Shown one piece after another: positions 34,150 to 44,811 of a DNA stretch of 64,000 nucleotides; the first letter of the stretch is position 1; the number at the start of each line of letters is the position of its first letter. The notes under the pieces were generated by a model. That model did no database searches, had not been told where the DNA came from, and saw only the letters and a program-made list of their open reading frames with translations. A program made the translations under genes and the position numbers. This stretch comes from an uncultured delta proteobacterium (GTDB taxonomy: Bacteria; Myxococcota; Myxococcia; Myxococcales; Myxococcaceae). The stretch spans positions 1 to 64,000 of the forward strand of contig CAVYSY010000025.1 of assembly GCA_963771175.1 (NCBI GenBank). The letters are read 5' to 3'.

Positions 34150-34400
34150 GGCAAGCCCAGGTGCAGGTGGCGAAGAATGCGCCGGATGACGCTGCCCTGG
34201 GTGAGGTACCCCAGCACCCGCCGCCTTCCTCCGCACCTCGGGCAGCAGAAGACTTCCACTGCGAACGTCTTGCGGAGCAACCCCGCCCATTCCAGCCTCC
34301 GGGCGCGCTGACGCTTCCGGCACATGGCCCGAGCTGCCGCATCTGAAGCTGGTGCCTCCTCCTCGCCGGCATCGAGCTCAGTACAGCCGCCGGGGAGTTG
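34150..34400 (-). mobile_element. IS91-family transposase C-terminal remnant
   Basis: [41 protein letters not shown], homologous to the end of 39988-41376. Confidence 0.8.
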
Positions 34401-34407
34401 CCCCTGA

Positions 34408-34696
34408 TGCCCTCGAATCACGGCATGTCGATGACCCTGAACCAGCTCAAGGGCCCCAGTAACGCGCTGACGTGCTGCATCAACAAGACCTGCGACTGGG
34501 GCGCTGGCAACTGCGAATCCTGCAAGACCCAGTACCAGGTGGACTGCGCGGATCCCTCGTTCCGCGCCAGCCCCCAGGACGTGGGTGGTGCCTACAGCGA
34601 CCGATGCGGCAGCGCGAGCATCCCGGGAAGTACGCCTGCACTGTGTGGGTGCGCGATGATGAGGTGGTGGCGACGAAGGGGTTCTGCTTCGACTGA
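34408..34696 (+). pseudogene. Cys-rich protein fragment
   Basis: TCCINKTCDWGAGNCESCK..; no signal peptide; frameshifted. Confidence 0.35.
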
Positions 34697-34826
34697 GCGC
34701 GCCGTCAGAAGGACCCGCGCCAGCGGCAGGGGTCAGAGGATTCGAGTCCCGCCCGGAACGAGTCCTTTGACACCTTCCCCGGCCCCGAGCCGCGCCAGGG
34801 GGCGTGGTGCCCGCGGGATTGCCTCG

Positions 34827-35201
34827 TCAGCGGAGGATGTAGAGCACCAGCACCGTCGCAATCAGAATCTGCAGGATCACCGTCCAGACCGTGACCTCTC
34901 GGAGCGGGAAGAGAAACGCCTCTCCGACCTGCTCGCGATCGAGCCGCACGCGCAGCTTCCGGCCCGTCTTCAATGCCGACCACATCAGCGCGTAACCCAG
35001 GATGACGAAGGCGGAGGAGAGCATGACCACCACCCAGCGTGGCCACCCCTTGACGAGCAGCTCGGTGACGAGCGCGCCACCGCCCGAAATTGCCGCTCCT
35101 GTCCGCAACAGCGCGAGCAGGGTCCGCGTCGCCGCCATGTGGGTGTTGTCGAGCGTGAATTGGGACGCATTGCCGGTCGAAAGCTGAGAGGAGTTGTTCA
35201 T
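34827..35201 (-). CDS. DUF202/YidH-like membrane protein
   Basis: THMAATRTLLALLRTG, three TM helices. Confidence 0.7.
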   Translation of the reverse strand: MNNSSQLSTGNASQFTLDNTHMAATRTLLALLRTGAAISGGGALVTELLVKGWPRWVVVMLSSAFVILGYALMWSALKTGRKLRVRLDREQVGEAFLFPLREVTVWTVILQILIATVLVLYILR

Positions 35202-35384
35202 GCGAGAGCCCAGCGTTGCACGAGCACCGCACGGAGGCCCCTGGCTCTGTCGAGGATGCGGTCACGTTTTGACAAGTACATGACTCCGCGACTGTTACCG
35301 CGCAGCTTGGATGGGGGAGATCGGCCCGGAATCGGACCGACTGGATGATGGGAGGAGCCGTAGGGGCGTAGGGCCCCCCTCCTC

Positions 35385-35411
35385 CACGGGTTCGAATCCC
35401 GTCGGGGACAC
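35385..35411 (+). repeat. Second copy of tRNA 3' end (att-like direct repeat of 18127-18153)
   Basis: CACGGGTTCGAATCCCGTCGGGGACAC, 27/27 identical; similar hairpin follows both copies. Confidence 0.9.
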
Positions 35412-35607
35412 AAAAGCCGAGGCCGGAAGCCGCTGAGCAATCAGGGGTTTCCGGCCTTGGTGTTCTTGGGCTCCTTCTCCCCCTACCCCAGGTGCATTTA
35501 CCGCATGGTGGTGCGGAGGCTGCGGTTGCCTGCCAGCTCCTTGATCGCGGGCCAGGCAACCGATGGCGCCGGCGGCGCCGCGAGCAGGGCACCGGCGGCG
35601 CGACGAG

Positions 35608-36372
35608 CTACTCCGAGTAGTCCTGCCTGGCGACGAGGCGCCAGTCACGGTTGTAGATGTGGAGCATGGAGAACCAGCCGCTGTGGCAGCTGCCGCTGTT
35701 GCTGGCGGTGTAGCCGTAGACGAAGCCGTTGTGGACGCGGGCGTCGAGGCGGGGCGAACCGGGGTTCTCGCAGGGCTGGTCGACGCGGACGGCCTGGTAG
35801 GCGGCCTCGGCGAGCACTTCTTCCTGGCCCTCGAAGTCGTAGATGGAGTGGACGCGGTTGGCGGTGAAGGTGACGAGCTGGCTGGCCTGCTGGGCGTCGC
35901 TCAGCGTGAGGAAGGACTGCAGGTTGGCGAGGGTGGCGGCCTCGGAGGTGATCGAGCCGATGAGGCGGTGAACGGCGCCGTCATTGTCGGAGAGCGCGGC
36001 GCGGATGGCGGTGATGCCGGACGTGTCCTGGTAGACGGAGGTGTCGCCCCAGGTGAAGCTGAAGGCGGTACCGGCGGTGTAGGCGTTGAGCGCGCAGGAG
36101 CCGCCGGCGCCGGCGGTCTCGACGAGGATGATCTTGCGGAGGCGGTGCTCGGGGTTCAGGAGGGCGATGCACTCGTCGCCGGCGACACCGTCGTAGTTGG
36201 CGGCCGGGAGCACGGCCTCGACGATGTTGTAGACGCGGAACGCGGGATCCGTGGCCTGTTGCGCGGTGGTCTGGAGGGTGTCGAGGGTGTCAGTGTCCGT
36301 CTCGGCGCCGAGGCAGCCGACAGCGACGGAGGAGGCGAGGAGGAGAGAAGAGAGCCGGAGAGAGGTATGCAT
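35608..36372 (-). CDS. Hypothetical lipoprotein
   Basis: MHTSLRLSSLLLASSVAVGC lipobox; strong GC3 bias. Confidence 0.75.
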   Translation of the reverse strand: MHTSLRLSSLLLASSVAVGCLGAETDTDTLDTLQTTAQQATDPAFRVYNIVEAVLPAANYDGVAGDECIALLNPEHRLRKIILVETAGAGGSCALNAYTAGTAFSFTWGDTSVYQDTSGITAIRAALSDNDGAVHRLIGSITSEAATLANLQSFLTLSDAQQASQLVTFTANRVHSIYDFEGQEEVLAEAAYQAVRVDQPCENPGSPRLDARVHNGFVYGYTASNSGSCHSGWFSMLHIYNRDWRLVARQDYSE

Positions 36373-36654
36373 GGCCGCGGAAGCTAGCACGCGTGATTCG
36401 CTCGATCCCGAACATGTCCCCTCCGGCGGCCTCCACCGGTACTCCCACCCGTGCGCCCCTGGTTCTGTCTCCAGAATGTCTCCAAAACGGGAGGGGACTC
36501 CAGGCGACAGGCGGGAATGGCGGGAACAGGCCCGTGGACTCGAAGAGACCGGATTCACTCGCGATTGCTCGAAAGGCGTGTGCCGTCCCCGACTCGTCTC
36601 CAGTGGGAACGTCAGGGCACCCGGCCTGGACGGGTCGCGCGGGCCAGCAGCTCC

Positions 36655-37000
36655 AGGATGTGGGTCCGCAGCGCCGGGTCGTCCCGCTCCTCCACCGAGC
36701 CCGCCGCCCCCAGTCCGTCCAGCAGCAGCCGGTTGTAGCGGGCCGACTCCGCGTCCTCCCCTCCCCGCCGCCGCCCCCAGCGCGTAGGCGCTCGCGTTGC
36801 GCAGGTGCTCCTGTTTCTCGCTCCGCGCGCTCTCGTACTTGCGCACCAGGTACTCCAGTGACTCCTTCTCCGGCCGCTCCACCAGCCCCAGCCGCTGCAG
36901 GAGCAGCTCGTAGGCCTGCGGGTCCTCGTGCGCCGCGCGCGTCTCCAGCATCTCGCGCATCACCGCCTGCGCCTGGGCGTGTCCCGCGCTGGCCAGTAGA
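36655..37000 (-). pseudogene. Internal fragment of HEAT-repeat-like protein
   Basis: LLASAGHAQAQAVMREML..NASAYALGAAAG; no start or end. Confidence 0.5.
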
Positions 37001-37591
37001 TCCAACCGCCGAGGGAAACCCACGGGACCTACAGAAGAGCCCTTTTTCCTGGTGCTCCCTCGTGCCGGGTTCTTCGATGCCTGCTCTTCTCCGCGTCGCC
37101 ATTCATCCCTTGCCCTCGCGTCCGGGTAGAGATTGACTCCTCGGGGAGTGACTGACCCTCCCACCTGGTGGGTGTGAATTCCTTCACATCCCTAGCAATT
37201 ACAAGCAGCTCCACCGTGAGGAATGCTCCACGAGGCCAGCGAAACGGCGTGGCACCCTTCTGGCAATTGATTGCACTCGCATCCAATCAGGAGCGCGGGT
37301 GGGGTGCCTCGAAGGCAGGACCATTCAGGAACTGTCACTTCGATGTGTTGGTTATTCAGACTTCGAGGGGATCATGCGGACCATTCCATTTGTTTCAGTT
37401 CTCGTTCTCGTGATGGATTTCCAGGGTTCCAGTAAGGCGTCGGATTCCTGCTGCGACACGTCGTCACCCGCGTTGACCGCGGAGATGCCTGGTCAAGCGG
37501 GACGGGCGCTGACGCTAGCAACACTTCCACGAGTCCATCCTGGTCCCCGCTGGGTCCACCGTGTCGAAGTAGAGCGGGCGCGCCCGGTCAT

Positions 37592-38590
37592 TCAGGGTTG
37601 ATGGCGATCGCGGTAGTCCACCGGGACGAACGTGTAGCCCTGCTCCTCCGCGCGGATGTGGCCAATCCCCGGGTAGGGCAGGTGCGGCGCCGCGACCAGG
37701 GCGCGATTGCCCGCCGCCGCGGCGAACTGCTTCTCACGCTGGGCCGCGGCATCCCTGGGGCTGACGTCGTAGACAATCGTGATCGCCGTGTTCGGGAACT
37801 GCACGGAGGCCACGTGGACGATGTCGCCAATGAACGTGATGGATTCGCCCCTGCTCTCCACCCGGTAGAAGCCGTGCCCGGGGGTATGGCCGGGCGTTGG
37901 GATGGCCTTGATGCCGGGGAAGAGCTGGGTTTCGCGGGTGAACCCCTGAACCTGCCCGGCCTTCATGTACGGCCCGACCGTCTTGACTGCTTCCTCGAAG
38001 TACTTCTTGTCGTAGCCATTGACGCCGCCCTGGTTCGCGGGATTGAGGAAGAAGTCCAGGTCCGGATTGCCAGCGTGCAACGTGGCATTGGGGAACACCC
38101 GGTTGCCTTCGCTGACGAGGCCGCCACTGTGATCCGTGTGGATGTGCGTCAGCAGGATGTCGTTGATCTGCTCCGGCTCGTAGCCCGCCAACTTGAGGCT
38201 GCCGAGGAGCTTGCCGCCATAACCCGGCCCGAACAAGCCGCCGGCGCCGGTATCGACCAGGATCAGCCGGCTCCCCGTATCGATCAGGAAGGCCGTGATG
38301 GACGCCTCGACAGGATTGCTCAGGAAGGCATGGTGGAGCATCTTGTCGACCTCCGCGGGTGATGCGCCCCTGAGGAGTTCGTGCAGGTCCTGCGGCACGG
38401 TGCCGTCGGACAGCGCGGTCACCTGGAAGTCACCGACGCGGTAGCGGTAGACACCTGGTACCTGCGCTCGTGCCTGGGCCACGCTGGTACCGGTTGCCGG
38501 CGGCGCCGCCTCGGTGGTGAGCGGCATGGCGCTGGAGAACAGGGCCGCTGCCGCGACCACGCTGTCGAGAAGAAGTCGATGGAAACGCAT
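37592..38590 (-). CDS. Secreted MBL-fold metallohydrolase (methyl-parathion hydrolase/lactonase-like)
   Basis: Signal peptide; LTHIHTDHSGG; PGHTPGH; GDIVH; HLPYPGIG. Confidence 0.9.
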   Translation of the reverse strand: MRFHRLLLDSVVAAAALFSSAMPLTTEAAPPATGTSVAQARAQVPGVYRYRVGDFQVTALSDGTVPQDLHELLRGASPAEVDKMLHHAFLSNPVEASITAFLIDTGSRLILVDTGAGGLFGPGYGGKLLGSLKLAGYEPEQINDILLTHIHTDHSGGLVSEGNRVFPNATLHAGNPDLDFFLNPANQGGVNGYDKKYFEEAVKTVGPYMKAGQVQGFTRETQLFPGIKAIPTPGHTPGHGFYRVESRGESITFIGDIVHVASVQFPNTAITIVYDVSPRDAAAQREKQFAAAAGNRALVAAPHLPYPGIGHIRAEEQGYTFVPVDYRDRHQP

Positions 38591-38700
38591 GTTTTCTCCT
38601 GTAGGGATGCCGTGGGTTCGGTGCGAACCCCGGTGGGAGATACATACGGTTTCCCCGCGCCCATCGTGAGTTGCGCGCGTTTATAGGAGGTATAGACGGG

Positions 38701-39612
38701 ATGGATATCCGGCGGGCGGACCTGCCCTTGCTCATTTCCCTGGACGTGTTGCTTGAGGAGCTGAACGTGACACGTGCGGCCCGCCGGTTGAACGTGAGTC
38801 AGCCGGCACTCTCCGCCCAGCTCGGCCGCTTGCGCGAGTTGTTCAAGGATCCCCTGCTCGTTCCTTCCGAGGCGGGTCGCGGAATGACCCCCACACCGCG
38901 GGCGCTCGAGTTGCAGCCGGCCTTGCACCAGGCGCTGCTCGATCTGCAAAGCGCCGTCGTGAGCCGCGTGGAGTTCATCCCTCAGGAGGCGCAGCGCCAT
39001 TTCACGATCGCGCTCAACGACAACTTCTTCACGACCATCGGTCTCGGCGTGGCCCGGGAAGTCCTTGGTCTTGGTGGACCCGGTCTCCGTCTCAGCTTCG
39101 TCGCGTCGGCCGAGGAGAATCTGACCTACCGGATGGAACGTGGAGAGATCGACCTCTACGTCGGGCTTTCAGCCAAGATTCCCGACGCGCTCAAGAGCCG
39201 CCGCCTGCTCACCGACGGGTTCTGCTTCGCCCAGCGAAAGGGGCATCCCAGAGGCCAGAAGGCGCCCACACTCGAGGACTACTGTCAGCTCAGTCATGTC
39301 ATGGTTTCCCAGGGGGGTGGTTTTCATAGCGCGGTCGACGACGTCCTCGCGCGGCATGGCAAGGCGCGCCGTGTCGCCATCACCGTCCCGAACTACAACC
39401 AGGTTGCCCTCGTCCTCGCCGATACGGACTGTGTCGCCACGCTCCCCAGCAGGCTTCTCCAACGCTACGCATCGGGCCTCGACCTCATGCCAGTGCCCTT
39501 CTCCATGCAGCCATTCGACATCGCGATGGGTTGGCATGCCCGTGCACAGCACGATCCCTCGCATCAGTGGCTGAGGGAGCGCTTCGTTCGCGCGGCCAGC
39601 CACGGGGAGTAG
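38701..39612 (+). CDS. LysR family regulator
   Basis: LDVLLEELNVTRAARRLNVSQPALSAQLGRLR; DPSHQWLR. Confidence 0.93.
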   Translation: MDIRRADLPLLISLDVLLEELNVTRAARRLNVSQPALSAQLGRLRELFKDPLLVPSEAGRGMTPTPRALELQPALHQALLDLQSAVVSRVEFIPQEAQRHFTIALNDNFFTTIGLGVAREVLGLGGPGLRLSFVASAEENLTYRMERGEIDLYVGLSAKIPDALKSRRLLTDGFCFAQRKGHPRGQKAPTLEDYCQLSHVMVSQGGGFHSAVDDVLARHGKARRVAITVPNYNQVALVLADTDCVATLPSRLLQRYASGLDLMPVPFSMQPFDIAMGWHARAQHDPSHQWLRERFVRAASHGE

Positions 39613-39643
39613 GCTCCGGGGGGCGATGTTGACGCTGACGCCC

Positions 39644-39918
39644 TCAATGGCAGCACAGGACGTGCAGCCGCAGCTCCGCGCCGTCCTCGGGCACCAGGGC
39701 GAAAGGGCGTGCGCCCGCGTGGACGAACTCACGCACGTCCAGGCTCGCCTCGGTGCGGTAGCCCAGCTCCTCACACAGGTGTTGCGTCAGGGCATGCGAG
39801 TTGACCGTGACGACGCCCCGATACCCGCGTGCGCGGGCCGCGCCGATCACCGTGGTCTCGAGTTCGCGCGCGACCCGAGCCACCTCTCGCTGCCCCGTGG
39901 CCGCCAGCAGCAGCACGT
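39644..39918 (-). pseudogene. GNAT-like C-terminal fragment truncated by IS
   Basis: ARARGYRGVVTVNSHALTQHLCEELGY; 5' part replaced by IS. Confidence 0.5.
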
Positions 39919-39919
39919 A

Positions 39920-41662
39920 GACCCATTCACCTGGATCCGGTTCGGACGGCTATTCATCTCCAGCAGAGTGTGGCTGGGGAGGGGCAGGTGGGGGAGCACG
40001 GGTGGGCGTACCGGCGGAGGCGGCCGGAGGGGACGGTGCTGTACGAGGCGATGAGGGACAACCTGGCCACGCTGCTGGAGGAGGCGAGCGAGGTGGGGCG
40101 CGGCCTGCCCCGGTACGTGGAGCGGGACTTCGCCCGGTACCTGGAGTGCGGCGTGCTGGCGCACGGCTTCGCGCGGGTACGCTGCGAGAGTTGCAAGGAC
40201 GAACTGCGCGTCGCCTTCTCGTGCAAGGGTCGAGGGGTGTGTCCCTCATGCAACGCGAAGCGCGCGCAGGTGACAGCGGTGCACCTGGTGGAGCGGGTAC
40301 TGCATCACGTGCCCTACCGGCAGTGGACGCTGTCCTTTCCGCATCGGGTGCGGTGGGTGCTGCTGAAGGAGAGGAGGCTGCTCTCGGACGTCCTCACCCT
40401 CTTCCTGCGGGCGGTGTTCGCCCTGCAGCGGCGGAGGGCACGGCGGCAGGGCGTACGCGGTGGGCAGACCGGGGCCGTCTCTTTTCTCCAATTCTTCGGC
40501 TCGGCGTTGCAGGTAACCCCTCACTACCATGCGCTGGTACCGGACGGAGTCTTCGTGCCAGGGGAGGGAGGCGTGCGCTTCGAGGCGTTGCCGCCGCCCA
40601 CGCAAGGTGAGGTGGAGCGGATGCTGAGGGTGGTGCATCACCGGGTGCTGCGCCTGCTGGAGAAAAGAGGGGCCCTGCCCGCGCAAGGGCCCGAGGACGC
40701 GCTGCAGGCATACCAGGCGCACTCGCTAAAGCAGCGGCTGCGCTGGACGGAGGTGGACGTCCGGCCCCCTCCCAGCAAGCAACCCCGGTGCGCCTTCCTG
40801 GAGGGCTTCTCCCTGCATGCCAACACGCACCTTCACGCGAACGACAGGCAAGGGCTGGAGCGGCTGGTCCGCTATGGAGCACGCGGAGCGTTGGCGCTGG
40901 AGCGTTTGTCACGAGCGGAGGACGGCCGCATCGCCTATCGGATGAAGCGCCCGCTGCCGAACGGCACCACGCACCTGCTATTCACCGGGCTGGAGCTTTT
41001 ACGGCGTGTGGCATCCCTGGTGCCTCCGCCTCGGGCAAACCTCACGAGGTTCCACGGCGTCTTCGCTCCAGGCTCGAAATTGCGGCCATTTCTGGTCCCC
41101 CAAGCAGGTGAGGAGGGGGCGAGCGTGGCACCTAAGGCAGCGGTCAGGAAGGAGCCGAAGAAGGAGCGGATGCCGCGAGTGGACTGGGCGAAGCTGCTGC
41201 GCAGGACGTTCGCATTGGATGTCTTCACCTGCCCCCGGTGTGGAGGCAGGCGCCGGGTGTTGGCGTACCTGACGGCACCCAACGCAGTGCGCGCCATTCT
41301 GGAGCACCTGTCACTGCCCACGCGGCCTGCTCAGCTGGCTGCAGCGCAGGGGCCACCCCAGCACGCGTGGTGTTGAGCCTCGAGCAGTCACGGTGCCAAA
41401 GACGCCCACGCCCCTGCTGCCTCCCCCTGGGGGGCCACCTGGGCCAGCGTGTGCCCAATGGGGCTGCACCGCGTCTCCACCGGCCCGGCGCACAGCCCTC
41501 GTGGCACCCGTCAGCAGCCCTCCTCGACCCCTCGGCTCCAGCCCTCTCCCTCAACACGGCCCCCATCCCGCCTATACGCGGGCGAAGTACGAGCGTTTCT
41601 GCTCCTCGGCCCCTCGGCACCTGCCCTCCTCCCTCAACAGGCCTTCAATCCGTCCTATGCTC
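39920..41662 (+). mobile_element. IS91/ISCR-like rolling-circle insertion sequence (left end approximate)
   Basis: Intact transposase plus downstream CCTAT(A/G)C oriIS-like ends; no terminal inverted repeats seen. Confidence 0.75.
39988..41376 (+). CDS. IS91-family HUH transposase
   Basis: Zn-binding [36 protein letters not shown] Tyr; [16 protein letters not shown]. Confidence 0.93.
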   Translation: MGEHGWAYRRRRPEGTVLYEAMRDNLATLLEEASEVGRGLPRYVERDFARYLECGVLAHGFARVRCESCKDELRVAFSCKGRGVCPSCNAKRAQVTAVHLVERVLHHVPYRQWTLSFPHRVRWVLLKERRLLSDVLTLFLRAVFALQRRRARRQGVRGGQTGAVSFLQFFGSALQVTPHYHALVPDGVFVPGEGGVRFEALPPPTQGEVERMLRVVHHRVLRLLEKRGALPAQGPEDALQAYQAHSLKQRLRWTEVDVRPPPSKQPRCAFLEGFSLHANTHLHANDRQGLERLVRYGARGALALERLSRAEDGRIAYRMKRPLPNGTTHLLFTGLELLRRVASLVPPPRANLTRFHGVFAPGSKLRPFLVPQAGEEGASVAPKAAVRKEPKKERMPRVDWAKLLRRTFALDVFTCPRCGGRRRVLAYLTAPNAVRAILEHLSLPTRPAQLAAAQGPPQHAWC

Positions 41663-41711
41663 CTGTCGTTCCCGGTGACTTCGCCATGGACGTGCGGTCC
41701 AATGCGCCGCC

Positions 41712-43010
41712 ATGAAAGCGCTTGCCCTTCGTGAGGACCGATTCCTGGATGTGCTCCGGCGTCTCATCGCCCTGACGCCGAAGCTGCAGAACAACCCCAG
41801 CGCGGGGCTGGTGCCCGAGGAGCGGTTCGCCGCGCAGGTGGTGCTGGACGTGCTCGCGCCGCACATCCAGAGCGGCTTCATCCAGGCCGAGTCGCTCGCG
41901 GGGCCCGGCAACGAGTCCCGGCCCAGCCTGGTGCTCACCGTGAAGGGCACGGGCGACGGCGCGCTCGGCTTCGTGGGCGCGCACTTCGACGTCGTGCCCG
42001 CGGACGAGAAGGGCGAGGGCTGGGAGCGCAACCCCTTCGCGCTGTGGGAGGGGCCCGGCGGCGTCCTCTACGGGCGCGGCGTCACCGACTGTCTCGGCCA
42101 CGTGGCGGTGATTACGGATTTGCTCGCGCAGCTCGCCGAGCGTGACGCGCGCCCGATCCGCACGCTGAAGGTGGTCTTCATCTCCAACGAGGAGTCCACG
42201 GAGCTGCCGGGCCTGGGCCTGGGCTACGTGGCCGAGCAGGGGCGGCTGAAGGACCTCGTCGGGCAGCCGGTGTACTGGCTGGACAGCGCCAACTTCGGCC
42301 CCACGCTGGGCACCGGCGGCAACGCCATCTGGGAGCTGAAGGTGACGGGCGTGGGCGGGCACTCGGGCATGCCGCAGAACTGCGTCAACGCGCTGGAGTT
42401 GGCCATGGCCGTGTCGCTGGAGCTGGGCGGCTTCTTGCGCGCGGTCTGCTGCCCCGCCACCGAGGACGAGAAGACGTGGGGCTTCCTCTCCTCGTCCAGC
42501 TTCAAGGCGACGGTCATCGAGGCCCCCAACAGGAAGGAGACGAAGATTCCCGCGGACGTCACCGTGCGCGGCGACATCCGCGTGACGCCCTTCTACGACA
42601 TGAAGCAGGTGCAGCAGAAGGTGGAGCACTTCGTGCGCGAGCTGGAGGCGCGCCTCCAGCGCGACGAGGTCCCTCCCGGCTTTCCGCGCGCGCGCACCGA
42701 GGCGGGCAAGACGTGCTCGCTGGCGTTCCGCTTCCTGGGTGGAGGTAAGGAGGGCATCGCCTGCCGGCTGGACTCGCCGGGGCTGCGCGCGCTGAAGGAG
42801 GCGATTCAGCAGGTGCGCGGCGTGGCGCCGACGCCGTTCTCCCTCACCGGCTCGCTGCCGCTCGTGCGCGACCTGCAGCGCCAGGGCTGCGACGTGCAGA
42901 TAACGGGCTTCGGGGAGATGGCGTACTACCACGCGCCCAACGAGCAGGCCCGGCTGGAGGACTTCCGGCAGGGCTTCGCCATCCTCCGCGAGCTGCTGGT
43001 GCGGCTGTGA
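41712..43010 (+). CDS. M20 metallopeptidase, acetylornithine deacetylase-like
   Basis: GAHFDVVPA, LYGRGVTDCLGH, SNEE, GHSG, YHAPNE. Confidence 0.88.
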   Translation: MKALALREDRFLDVLRRLIALTPKLQNNPSAGLVPEERFAAQVVLDVLAPHIQSGFIQAESLAGPGNESRPSLVLTVKGTGDGALGFVGAHFDVVPADEKGEGWERNPFALWEGPGGVLYGRGVTDCLGHVAVITDLLAQLAERDARPIRTLKVVFISNEESTELPGLGLGYVAEQGRLKDLVGQPVYWLDSANFGPTLGTGGNAIWELKVTGVGGHSGMPQNCVNALELAMAVSLELGGFLRAVCCPATEDEKTWGFLSSSSFKATVIEAPNRKETKIPADVTVRGDIRVTPFYDMKQVQQKVEHFVRELEARLQRDEVPPGFPRARTEAGKTCSLAFRFLGGGKEGIACRLDSPGLRALKEAIQQVRGVAPTPFSLTGSLPLVRDLQRQGCDVQITGFGEMAYYHAPNEQARLEDFRQGFAILRELLVRL

Positions 43011-43038
43011 GACAGTCAGCGAAAGGAAAGAAAAAGAC

Positions 43039-43242
43039 ATGAGCAGCCGTGATCGATACGCGCCGGGGGCCGCTTCTGGTGCTGAGGTTCGAAAAGAGGG
43101 AGAGAGGTGGACGCTCGTTCTCGTCCGCGATCTCTCCCACCCGCCTGCCAGGGTTTGGCAGGCGCTCACGGAGCCCGAGCATCTTCGCGAATGGGCTCCC
43201 TTCGATGCTGACCGAAACCTCGGAGCTGCTAACCACCCGTAA
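43039..43242 (+). pseudogene. Truncated SRPBCC/AHA1 protein
   Basis: WTLVLVRDLSHPPARVWQALTEPEHLREWAPFDADRNL, then junction. Confidence 0.75.
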
Positions 43243-43256
43243 GCACTGGGTAAAAC

Positions 43257-43284
43257 AGTGGAAGCGGCAGGAATCGAACCCGCC
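43257..43284 (-). other. tmRNA/tRNA 3'-end-like fragment (att scar)
   Basis: Minus strand GGCGGGTTCGATTCCTGCCGCTTCCACT, close to ssrA-type GCGGGTTCGATTCCCGCCGCCTCCACCA. Confidence 0.6.
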
Positions 43285-43339
43285 GCCGGAGGCTTCCTCG
43301 TGTCGCCTGCCGGCAGCCGCAGCCTGCACAGCACCCCAC

Positions 43340-44690
43340 GGGAGAGGTCTTCTACAGCTACGACGCCTTCGGCCGTCAGGACACGCGGACCTTCACCGAC
43401 ACGCTGGGCGGCACCTACGTCGAGAAGTCCCAGCGCCACGCCGACGGCACGCTCGGGGTGCTCGAGTTCTACCTGCCCGACGCGTCCTACAAGCCGGAGA
43501 GGGTCTACTACACCTACGACTCCGCCCGCCGCCTCAACGCAATCCAGTACACGGATACGCGTGGCGCGAGACAACTCTTCACGGCGGAGGACATCGATCC
43601 GTTCGGCCACGTGCGCAAGGCCAACCACGGAGGCGTGGCCACCTTCGAGGCGCTCTACTCCGACCTGGGACGCCGGCTGCTGAACCAGGCGGCCGTCTCC
43701 TCCATCCACGGCTCCCGGAGCATCATCTACCTCGGGTACGATCCCCTGGGCCGCGAAACGGTGCGGCGAGAGATCACGAATGGCGCCCTCACGGGCCCCA
43801 AGACCAACGTCGGCTACGACGCGCTCGGCAGGCTCTCGTCCTCACTGCGCACCACCGGAAAATTCATCCACTCCAACTGGCAGTACACGTATGACGCGCT
43901 CGGCAACGTGCTGACGCAGAACGATCTGCTGGGCTCCAGCGATGCGACGCTCAGCTACCGCACGGGCGACCGCGACCGGCTGTGCCGCATCGGGTATGGC
44001 AACAACGGCCTGGGCGGCACCTCCTGCAACGTGAGCCATGATGGCCTGGGCAACGTGTTGGAGCAGCCGACACGGACGGGCGTGCGCAGGCTCCAGTACT
44101 TCCCGTCGGGCGACGTGCGCTCCATCTCCGAGCCGTCCGGAGATGCCTTCTTCCGCTACGGCGCGCTTGGCACCGTGCGGGAGCTCGATCTGCGGGTCAC
44201 CGCCGCCGAGGCCCGGAACGAGTGGAAGTTCGGGGGCCTCATCGAGCGCAAGGAGCAGGTGATCGGCGGCACGCTCACGTCGGTCATCACCCGCAACATT
44301 CCGGGCCCGGGTGGCATCGTCGCCAGCCGGCGAGGCACCGCGGACGACTGGATCTTCCACTTCGGAGAGATGCGTGGCGCACGGTTCTCCACCGACAACA
44401 GGGGAGCCTTCGTCCAGGACATCGACTACCAGCCGTTTGGCGAGGCGTGGTCCACCGGGCTCGCGCAGCCGGGCACCCTGCTCTACTCGAGCGCCCAGTG
44501 GAATGGGGGAGACACGCTCGCGTCCTTCAGCCTGTCACAGCTCGGCGCGCGCCTCTACGATCCGGTGGTGGGCCGGTTCCTGAGCCGGGATCCCCTCTTC
44601 GTCCCCCGTACCGCGGCCACCACCAATCCCTATGCGTTCGCGATGAACGACCCGATCAACCTGTCCGATACCACCGGCCTGGATCCGTCC
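43340..44690 (+). pseudogene. RHS/YD-repeat protein fragment (core C-terminal part, no toxin tip)
   Basis: YDALGR, YTYDALGN, DYQPFG, GARLYDPVVGRFLSRDP, NPYAFAMNDPINLSDTTGL. Confidence 0.88.
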
Positions 44691-44811
44691 TGCATCGCGC
44701 GGCCTCTGCACCGGCCGGGCTCACAACTCGGGCGGCCTCCATCAGCGGCCCTCCTCGGCCCCTCGGCTCCTGCCCTCCTCCCTCAACAGGCCTTCACTCC
44801 GTCCTATGCTC
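44690..44811 (+). mobile_element. Solo IS91-like terminal (oriIS-like) segment
   Basis: 44751-44811 matches 41602-41662 at 59/61; upstream part resembles about 41465-41520. Confidence 0.8.

Noticed and set aside
37250..37265. Possible sigma54 motif TGGCACCCTTCTGGCA
   Set aside because: Correct spacing but weak -12, and only a doubtful ORF downstream
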